Shown here piece after piece: positions 1-6,583 of a stretch of 64,000 nucleotides of DNA. The notes beneath the pieces are model-generated. The model was not told the origin of the DNA. It did no database searches and saw nothing but the letters and a program-made list of their open reading frames with translations. Numbering within the stretch: the first letter of the stretch is position 1; every line of letters starts with the position of its first letter. This DNA is from an uncultured bacterium (lineage in GTDB: Bacteria > Fidelibacterota > Marinisomatia > Marinisomatales > UBA1611): the NCBI GenBank assembly GCA_964511215.1, contig CAZEER010000003.1, positions 6,457-70,456 on the forward strand. The letters run 5' to 3'. Made by a program: the position numbers and the translations under genes.

Positions 1-684
1 AATTTCTAAACCTTTGCCCTCACGCTTTGTGCCGACTGTTGTTTGCAAAAATTCTTCTGAGGTACTTGTTGCAGTAAAATGTACTGGAATTACCATACCA
101 GGGATGGCATCCTGTGATACACGAAGCTCAGGAAGTTTGAAATTATGTATCACATCTTTTGAAGAGAGATCAATTCTTATTTTTTTATTTACAGGTATAT
201 GCAGTTGATTAATGGTGACAAAGTCATCTGCTCCATTTTCACTTGATCGGTCTAGGCCAATCGGATTATCCTGCTCATCAACCAGGTCAACTCTCGTATC
301 TCCAAATTTTCGATCTGCACCAGGATAGTGAATATTCCAGGCATATTGCTGGGCTACTACTCTTATGTATTCTGAATCTCTTGGATCTGGGACATCATTA
401 ACACGTTCCGCCCATATGGGAAAAGCAAACCCAAATAAAATAACAATTTCAATAACCGCTACAGCAGCTTCTAAAATAGAGGAGTAATGGGATTCAACTC
501 CATGGTAATTAGCCTTTTTATTTTTTGATGCTCTAAATTTGATAAGGCTCACAATAAAGAAAATACCCCAGCCAACAAACAAGACTAGCATGAGGTAATG
601 GATTATTACAGTAATCTCATCTATGCGTCCACTAACAGAAGAAATCCCAACAGGAAGACCAAAATATCTTAGTAAATCAATCAT
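1..684 (-). CDS. coxB: Cytochrome c oxidase subunit II, partial (C-terminus lies beyond window start)
   Basis: Not in the ORF track because it runs off the window. My reverse-strand translation from the ATG at 684 gives MIDLLRYFGLPVGISS..., two hydrophobic helices, then ...INQLHIPVNKKIRIDLSSKDVIHNFKLPELRVSQDAIPGMV. This matches the COX2 periplasmic-domain signature (DVIHSF.vP.l..K.DaiPG). It stays open to position 1. The start overlaps the upstream ORF stop (ATGATTGA). Confidence 0.8.
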   Translation of the reverse strand, partial: MIDLLRYFGLPVGISSVSGRIDEITVIIHYLMLVLFVGWGIFFIVSLIKFRASKNKKANYHGVESHYSSILEAAVAVIEIVILFGFAFPIWAERVNDVPDPRDSEYIRVVAQQYAWNIHYPGADRKFGDTRVDLVDEQDNPIGLDRSSENGADDFVTINQLHIPVNKKIRIDLSSKDVIHNFKLPELRVSQDAIPGMVIPVHFTATSTSEEFLQTTVGTKREGKGLEI

Positions 685-901
685 TAAGTTGATTTACTTT
701 TTTAGATTTTAGACCAATGGTGATTATTCCAACCGCGATAGCAATCAATATGGGTCCCGTAATACCCAAAAGAGTAATTATCGCCATGTCCATTCCTTTT
801 CCTGCATTACTATTTGCATCACCATAACAAGTTGCACACGCGTAAATAGTATCGGATGCAGATATTATAACCAAAGATATATAATATTTAATGCTTTTCA
901 T
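677..901 (-). CDS. Small exported/membrane protein (74 aa) of unknown function in the cox operon
   Basis: Track ORF with an N-terminal signal-like helix, a CATCYGD motif and a C-terminal TM helix. It is tightly packed between operon neighbours, with a 2-nt gap upstream and an 8-nt overlap with coxB. Confidence 0.5.
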   Translation of the reverse strand: MKSIKYYISLVIISASDTIYACATCYGDANSNAGKGMDMAIITLLGITGPILIAIAVGIITIGLKSKKVNQLND

Positions 902-903
902 AT

Positions 904-1092
904 TTAGATAGTTTTAAACTTTTTTAAAATGATTGATAAATAAAAAAAAAGAATTAGTGTAGTTAAGATTCCAAAGGATGCAAATATCATGGTATTAGGA
1001 TTGTTGGCATCAGTAAACATGGTGTACGAAAAGAAAATACTGAGCAATATTGAAAGTACTATAACAGTTATATGTGTTATTTTTAAGCTCAT
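904..1092 (-). CDS. Small two-TM membrane protein (62 aa), unknown function
   Basis: Track ORF with two hydrophobic helices and 2-nt spacing to both neighbours in the cox operon. Confidence 0.45.
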   Translation of the reverse strand: MSLKITHITVIVLSILLSIFFSYTMFTDANNPNTMIFASFGILTTLILFFYLSIILKKFKTI

Positions 1093-1094
1093 TT

Positions 1095-1403
1095 TTAGTA
1101 GCCGCTACCTGTAGCGTCTGTCAACCAAATAAGAGGCAAGAACATTAGAATTAAAAATGCAATAAAAGTAGTAACTAGAATCCATATAATTGCTTGCTTT
1201 TCTGAAATTAAATGCATGAAAAAACCGAGTACTAAGCTACCTTTTATCGTTGCGATTGTAATAGCAATGAAGAAAGCTTCTATAAATGAAACATTCAGAT
1301 AGCTAACCGCTACAGTCAAGACTGTTAGAATGCCTAGGGCAATAAAAACACGGATATATGTTTGTATGTGATGCTCGATTGAATGGTTTGATTCACTTGA
1401 CAT
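1095..1403 (-). CDS. Prokaryotic cytochrome c oxidase subunit IV-like protein
   Basis: 102 aa with three TM helices. The N-terminus HSIEHHIQTYIRVFIALGILTVLTVAVS resembles the COX4_pro family pattern (HH...Y..VF..L..LT..TV). It lies directly after subunit III. Confidence 0.7.
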   Translation of the reverse strand: MSSESNHSIEHHIQTYIRVFIALGILTVLTVAVSYLNVSFIEAFFIAITIATIKGSLVLGFFMHLISEKQAIIWILVTTFIAFLILMFLPLIWLTDATGSGY

Positions 1404-1414
1404 AATTTAATATC

Positions 1415-2017
1415 CTACAATAGATATAATATTGGGAAAAGAAAGATCCATACAAGATCGACAAAGTGCCAGTAAAGTCCAGTTATCTCAATTCGATTTG
1501 CGAGAAGATCTGGATTCTCTTTCCACATTTTATCTGCTTGTTTAGACCAGAAAAATCCTAAAACTAATAAACCTCCTATTATATGGAGGACATGTAGACC
1601 TGTAAGAGTAAAATATATTCCCATAAAAGTACTCGATGATGGATATATATCATGGTGAAATTTTCCAGTATACTCAAAGTATTTTACCACTAGAAATGCC
1701 AGACCACATAGGATAGTTATACCTAAATACATTTTATATTTATCAAATTGTTGCATTTTTAAAGATGCCCAGCTCATAACCATAGTGACACTTGATGTGA
1801 TTAAAACTAGAGTATTAAAAGTGGCCATGGGGACATTTAGTTTTTCGCCCCAATAAGAAAAGTCTCCTTCAGGAGCAGCAATTCTCAAAAAAACATATGC
1901 TGAAAATAAACCACCAAATAGCATGACCTCTGATGCTAGAAAGACCCAGATACCTAACTTGGAATTATTTAGACCAGTGTCTGGACGTTCTTCTAATATA
2001 TATGGGATATTGCTCAT
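1415..2017 (-). CDS. coxC: Cytochrome c oxidase subunit III
   Basis: 200 aa, polytopic. The GIWVFLASEVMLFGGLFSAY and YWHFVDLVWIFLFPILYL motifs are typical of haem-copper oxidase subunit III. It overlaps the coxA stop by 4 nt. Confidence 0.9.
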   Translation of the reverse strand: MSNIPYILEERPDTGLNNSKLGIWVFLASEVMLFGGLFSAYVFLRIAAPEGDFSYWGEKLNVPMATFNTLVLITSSVTMVMSWASLKMQQFDKYKMYLGITILCGLAFLVVKYFEYTGKFHHDIYPSSSTFMGIYFTLTGLHVLHIIGGLLVLGFFWSKQADKMWKENPDLLANRIEITGLYWHFVDLVWIFLFPILYLL

Positions 2018-3729
2018 TTTACTGTTTGCGGACAGAAATCTTTTTCTTTTCCTGGAACACTATACTCATATGGACCATGATATATTTTCACCGGTGAATC
2101 AAAGTTTACATGAGGAAGTGGTGGAGATGGGGCTGACCATTCAACTGTTGTTGATCCCCAGGGATTCTGTTCTTTCAATTTTTTATTACTTAATGTTATA
2201 ATTATATTGAGGATAAAAGGTATTTGAGCTAAACCTAAAATAAATGCAGATATGGTCATAAATTCATTCCAATGGAGAATATCTGAAGCGTGGGCATATT
2301 GCTGACCACCATCATACATCCTTCTGGAAAGACCAGCCAGACCTTGAATAAACATAGGCATAAAGATACCGTTCATTGCTAGAAATGAAGGATAAAAATG
2401 TAATTTTCCCATCGACTCACTTAATTGTCTACCAGTTATTTTTGGGAACCAATAGTAGATACCTGCGAACAAAGCAAATAAAGTACCAGGAGCAACGACA
2501 TAGTGGAAGTGACCAATAACATAATACGTATCATGGAGATAAATATCTGACGCAGCTACACCCAGAGGGAGACCTGTTAGACCGCCGATGCCAAACATTG
2601 GGAGGAATGAAAGTGCAAAAAGCATAGGTGTGTTGAAACGTATAGATCCACCCCATAGTGATATGAAAAATGCGGTAAGAACCACAACTGATGGGATTGA
2701 TATTATCATGGTGGTTAATTGAAAAAAGGCACTCATAGACTGTCCCATGCCAGTTAAAAACATATGATGGGCCCAGACAATAAATGACATGAATCCCAAA
2801 AATCCAATCGCATAGACTAGTGATTTATATCCCCACAGAGGTTTTCGTGTATTGTTGGCTAAAATTTCACCAACAATTCCAATTGCTGGTAAAATCAATA
2901 CATAGACTTCAGGGTGTGCTAAAAACCAGAAAAGATGTTGCCACAATAACGGAGACCCTGATCCATAGGCCTCGACACCGCTCCCTGCGTAAACAAGGCC
3001 TGATGGTAGAAAGAAACTTGTGTCAGCCAACCTATCCATAAGTTGTAAAACCGCGGCAGCTTCAAGAGGTGGAAAAGCAAGAATTAGGAGGAAGGATGTT
3101 ACAAGCTGTGACCAGACAAAAAAAGGCAACCTAAACCAGGACAATCCCGGTGCTCTTAACTGGACAATGGTAACAATAATGTTCATTGATCCCAAAAGAG
3201 AAGAGGTAATTAAAAACACCATTCCCAATAGCCACATTGTCTGTCCAGATTCAAAAATAGATAGAGGAGGATAAGAAGTCCATCCGGATCGTGCAGCTCC
3301 TTCAGGTGTGAAAAAGCTTGCAACCATTATAACACCACCTAAGAAATATGACCAATAACTCGCAGAATTCAGTTTTGGAAATGCCATATCAGGTGCACCT
3401 ATTTGTAGGGGAACAAGGTAATTCCCAAAGGCACCTACTGCGAGTGGTACTACGCCTAAAAATATCATAATAGTTCCATGCATAGCACCTAGGGTATTAT
3501 AATTTTCGGGTAGCATAACGCCACCACTTTCAGAGAAAAACCAGTCTCCAATATATGGAATTACCTGCTCTGGGTAAGCCAACTGATAACGCATGATTGC
3601 CATCAGTATAAAACCAAACAGTAAAAAGAGTAGAGATGTTATGCCATACTGAAGTCCGATAATCTTGTGGTCAACTGACCAAACATATTTTTGGAAAAAA
3701 TTTTCTTCGTGGTGGTGTGATGAACTCAT
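2014..3729 (-). CDS. coxA: Cytochrome c oxidase subunit I (A-type haem-copper oxidase)
   Basis: 571 aa with canonical motifs WFLAHPEVYVLILP, HHMF, and GHFHYV near the C-terminal helices. It has 12 or more TM helices. Confidence 0.97.
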   Translation of the reverse strand: MSSSHHHEENFFQKYVWSVDHKIIGLQYGITSLLFLLFGFILMAIMRYQLAYPEQVIPYIGDWFFSESGGVMLPENYNTLGAMHGTIMIFLGVVPLAVGAFGNYLVPLQIGAPDMAFPKLNSASYWSYFLGGVIMVASFFTPEGAARSGWTSYPPLSIFESGQTMWLLGMVFLITSSLLGSMNIIVTIVQLRAPGLSWFRLPFFVWSQLVTSFLLILAFPPLEAAAVLQLMDRLADTSFFLPSGLVYAGSGVEAYGSGSPLLWQHLFWFLAHPEVYVLILPAIGIVGEILANNTRKPLWGYKSLVYAIGFLGFMSFIVWAHHMFLTGMGQSMSAFFQLTTMIISIPSVVVLTAFFISLWGGSIRFNTPMLFALSFLPMFGIGGLTGLPLGVAASDIYLHDTYYVIGHFHYVVAPGTLFALFAGIYYWFPKITGRQLSESMGKLHFYPSFLAMNGIFMPMFIQGLAGLSRRMYDGGQQYAHASDILHWNEFMTISAFILGLAQIPFILNIIITLSNKKLKEQNPWGSTTVEWSAPSPPLPHVNFDSPVKIYHGPYEYSVPGKEKDFCPQTVK

Positions 3730-3758
3730 TATAGTATATGATGTATCTTTATCTTATC

Positions 3759-4085
3759 TTAATCGATCTCTAAATTGTAATTTTCTTCAAATACTTCAGT
3801 GCCAAGCATTCTGATAGCATCCCATGTCATTTTAGTACAAACTCTAGCACAAACCTGACATCCTGTACATTCATTGTAACGTACCTGGACTGGGGGTATA
3901 ACTGGGAATTCGTATTTACCAGTTGCAACTGGCTCAATACAATCAACGGGGCAAAAGGGAACACATGCCTGACATCCTGTACAGTTATCTTCATCTACCA
4001 CCGCAATGAGTTTTGGTCGCTTTGTTTTTTCTCTAGCGTATTCAGGAAGATCGGGTATCCCTTTGAAATAGTTATATGCTGACAT
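3759..4085 (-). CDS. 2x[4Fe-4S] dicluster ferredoxin
   Basis: Two cluster motifs are present: CTGCQACVPFCP (CxxCxxCxxxCP) and CTGCQVCARVC (CxxCxxCxxxC). It sits 29 nt upstream of coxA on the same strand. Confidence 0.85.
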   Translation of the reverse strand: MSAYNYFKGIPDLPEYAREKTKRPKLIAVVDEDNCTGCQACVPFCPVDCIEPVATGKYEFPVIPPVQVRYNECTGCQVCARVCTKMTWDAIRMLGTEVFEENYNLEID

Positions 4086-4160
4086 GTATTATGTACTCTT
4101 AAAATAATCTAGATTAGAACCCAAATTTAATAATATTATTCCCGAATCAATGAAAGATTT

Positions 4161-4319
4161 TTATTTTAGTATATATTTCTCAATGGCTAATCCGGAGCCA
4201 AAAAAAATAGCACCAGCAAGCAGTAATCTAGGATCCATTAGACTAGGGAATTTTATTATAAATCCTACTGCAATCATGAACATTCCTAATAATTCCAAAC
4301 CTTTTGCCGCGTAGTACAT
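4161..4319 (-). CDS. Unlisted mini-ORF, 52-aa two-TM protein
   Basis: My translation is MYYAAKGLELLGMFMIAVGFIIKFPSLMDPRLLLAGAIFFGSGLAIEKYILK. The ATG overlaps the stop of the upstream 161-aa ORF (TAATG). It is below the track length cut-off. Confidence 0.4.
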   Translation of the reverse strand: MYYAAKGLELLGMFMIAVGFIIKFPSLMDPRLLLAGAIFFGSGLAIEKYILK

Positions 4320-4804
4320 TAATCTTTTTCGTTTTGATTAGGTTCCAATTTACTAAGGATATCAAGCTGTTCTTTAAATGCATTATTCTTAATCTTTAGA
4401 GTCCAGATATGATGAATAAATGCTAGAACAAATAAAGGGCCATGCAACGGAGCGGTTAACATTTGATTCTCTACAGCTCCTATATGGATTACCCATCCAC
4501 CGACTAATAAGATTGTAAGCATTAATTGAGGGAAAAGATTCATTTTTAATTTTCTTTCTCTTGTCCAGAGTTCAGCTTTACCAAATCCAGACTCAATTGC
4601 ATTTTTTAGAGCTTTACCTGTGGAAATAAAAAAATACATAACCACGGTCTCAGTAATTGTAAAGATTAGAATCATAAATAAAGAGAATCGGGTATGGCTG
4701 GCGCCTAAAATGCTGAAGTCCCAATATCCACTAGCACCAACAAGTATAAGGTTTATAAGGTTAGCCAGCATTAAAGCATAGCAGGAAATCATAAAAATGT
4801 ACAT
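4319..4804 (-). CDS. Four-TM membrane protein of unknown function, first gene of the cox operon
   Basis: Track ORF, 161 aa, with four hydrophobic segments and conserved-looking His residues (HIGAVEN, LHGPL, IHHIW). No family was recognised. Confidence 0.6.
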   Translation of the reverse strand: MYIFMISCYALMLANLINLILVGASGYWDFSILGASHTRFSLFMILIFTITETVVMYFFISTGKALKNAIESGFGKAELWTRERKLKMNLFPQLMLTILLVGGWVIHIGAVENQMLTAPLHGPLFVLAFIHHIWTLKIKNNAFKEQLDILSKLEPNQNEKD

Positions 4805-4953
4805 CTTATTATATTTTTCTCTTTAAATGATAATTGAAAAATTACGTTATTATCTTTACAGTTTCCTGAAATGTTAAGTATTAATTTGTATGTTTAACTA
4901 AGAAAAATTATTGGTAATTTTAGTGCAATTAATTATGTATTAAAGGAGCTCGT

Positions 4954-5655
4954 ATGAGTGTTAAATATTTAGTCGCTTTTATTTTTATTTTTGCTTTAGC
5001 TGATGCAGGAACCCTAAAAGGTCATGTGAGCTATATTGGAAGAAACTTTAAAAATAAGCCACTCCGAATGGATGCTGATCCTGTTTGCGGTTCGTCTCAC
5101 TCGGGAAAAGTTTATAGTGAAGCTTTCAAGTTAGCTGCAGATGGTTCAATGGAAGATGCATTAGTCTATTTGAAAAAAGTCAGTTATGATGGTACACCCT
5201 CTAAACCAGTAGTATTAGATCAGAAAGGTTGTGTATATGTGCCTCATGTTTTTGGGATGGTTGCAGGACAGGAACTCCTTATAAAAAATAGTGATGCGAC
5301 TTTGCATAATATCCATTCTATGCCAAAGGTGAATAAGGAATTCAATTTTGCAATGCCAAAAGTGGTGAAAGAAAAGAAAACTACATTTTCGAAATCAGAA
5401 GAATTTCCTTTTTATATAAAATGTGACGTTCATCCATGGATGAAATCATGGGTTTTGGTCTCTGATAATCCTTATTTTGCAGTTACAGATAAAAATGGTA
5501 ATTATTCTATTGATGGAATTCCTCCAGGGACCTATGAGGTTGTATGTTGGCAGGAAAAATTTGCAGCTAAGAAAAAGTTCATCATTGAAAATGTAACAAT
5601 AAATAGTGGAGAAACTGTCAAGGATTTTGTTTTAAAAGGTCCTAAACCAAAATAA
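4954..5655 (+). CDS. Secreted cupredoxin-like protein with a C-terminal carboxypeptidase-regulatory-like beta-sandwich
   Basis: It has a signal peptide. Candidate type-1 copper ligands are LHNIHS ... KCDVHPWM (His, Cys-x2-His-x2-Met). The tail NGNYSIDGIPPGTYEVVCWQEKF is typical of CarboxypepD_reg-like domains. AGGAG lies 6 nt upstream of the ATG. Confidence 0.55.
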   Translation: MSVKYLVAFIFIFALADAGTLKGHVSYIGRNFKNKPLRMDADPVCGSSHSGKVYSEAFKLAADGSMEDALVYLKKVSYDGTPSKPVVLDQKGCVYVPHVFGMVAGQELLIKNSDATLHNIHSMPKVNKEFNFAMPKVVKEKKTTFSKSEEFPFYIKCDVHPWMKSWVLVSDNPYFAVTDKNGNYSIDGIPPGTYEVVCWQEKFAAKKKFIIENVTINSGETVKDFVLKGPKPK

Positions 5656-5675
5656 ATAATAAATTCATTAAAAAA

Positions 5676-5700
5676 GGCAGATATATCTGCCTTTTTTTTT
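5676..5700 (+). terminator. Rho-independent terminator
   Basis: GGCAGA-TATA-TCTGCC hairpin followed by a run of nine or more T, 20 nt after the stop at 5655. Confidence 0.75.
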
Positions 5701-5711
5701 ATTAGTATAAA

Positions 5712-6533
5712 ATGAAGCATGTACTTATATATAGTTTTTGTATTTTTTTTATAAGTTGTGAAAAAAATAAGAATATATATTGGGTTAAAGGAACCGTACA
5801 ATCTGTTAAACCAGAATTGAATAAGGTTATTATTGCGCATGATACTATTCCAGATTTTATGATGCCCATGGTTATGCCATTCTTAGTTAAGAATAAAAAA
5901 GAAATGGAATTCCTTAGAGTTAGTGATAGTATACACTTTCAATTAGTGTGGGATGATATTAAACCATATGCGAGGGATTTTGAGGTAGTAGGTCAGGGGA
6001 AGTTGATTGAAGAAGATGATTTCTTTGATGATGAATTTTCTGAAAAAAACATTGGCAATATTATTGATGATGGCACTTTTCTAGATGTAGATAATAAAGT
6101 AGTGAAATTATCAGATAGTGATGGTAGATACAGATTTATATCTTATATTTTTTCTAGGTGTCCTATGCCTAACATGTGTCCAGCAATAGTGATGAAAAAT
6201 CGTTATCTGGCTGATAACTTTCCAGAAGTAGATTTTATTATGGTGAGTTTTGATTATAAATATGATACTCCTAATGTTTTAAATAGAGCTTATGGTTTGA
6301 CTATTGGAGATTATAATAATTGGTATGTCTGGTCCAGCTCCGGTTACATAGATGATGTTTATAAACTAATTAGACAATCAGGCGGTAATTTCTGGGGAGT
6401 AGAGAAAGACAAAATTGGTCATTCTTTAAGTTCAATATTGATTGGACCAAAAAGAGAAATATTGGGCGTCTGGAAAGGGGATGAATGGGAAGCTAATCAG
6501 GTCGAGAATGCGATAATCCTCAATATGCAATAA
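5712..6533 (+). CDS. Lipoprotein fusing a CusF-like Cu(I)-binding domain to a SCO1/SenC-like thioredoxin fold
   Basis: Lipobox FFISC. VIIAHDTIPDFMMPMVMPF matches the CusF-like H..IP...MP.M.M.F pattern. FISYIFSRCPMPNMCP and GHSLSSILIGPKREIL resemble the SCO CxxxCP and conserved-His regions, but the Cys spacing is CxxxxxC. Confidence 0.6.
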   Translation: MKHVLIYSFCIFFISCEKNKNIYWVKGTVQSVKPELNKVIIAHDTIPDFMMPMVMPFLVKNKKEMEFLRVSDSIHFQLVWDDIKPYARDFEVVGQGKLIEEDDFFDDEFSEKNIGNIIDDGTFLDVDNKVVKLSDSDGRYRFISYIFSRCPMPNMCPAIVMKNRYLADNFPEVDFIMVSFDYKYDTPNVLNRAYGLTIGDYNNWYVWSSSGYIDDVYKLIRQSGGNFWGVEKDKIGHSLSSILIGPKREILGVWKGDEWEANQVENAIILNMQ

Positions 6534-6536
6534 AAA

Positions 6537-6558
6537 AGCCCATGATTATTTATGGGCT
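6537..6558. terminator. Bidirectional hairpin terminator between convergent genes
   Basis: AGCCCAT-N8-ATGGGCT hairpin flanked by an A-run on the left and a T-run on the right, between the stops at 6533 (+) and 6584 (-). Confidence 0.65.
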
Positions 6559-6583
6559 TTTAAAAGAATCTAATTAGTTTAGT

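Noticed and set aside
14-208. 64-aa plus-strand ORF at the window start
   Set aside because: It lies antisense to the clearly homologous coxB reading frame that spans 1-684 on the minus strand.
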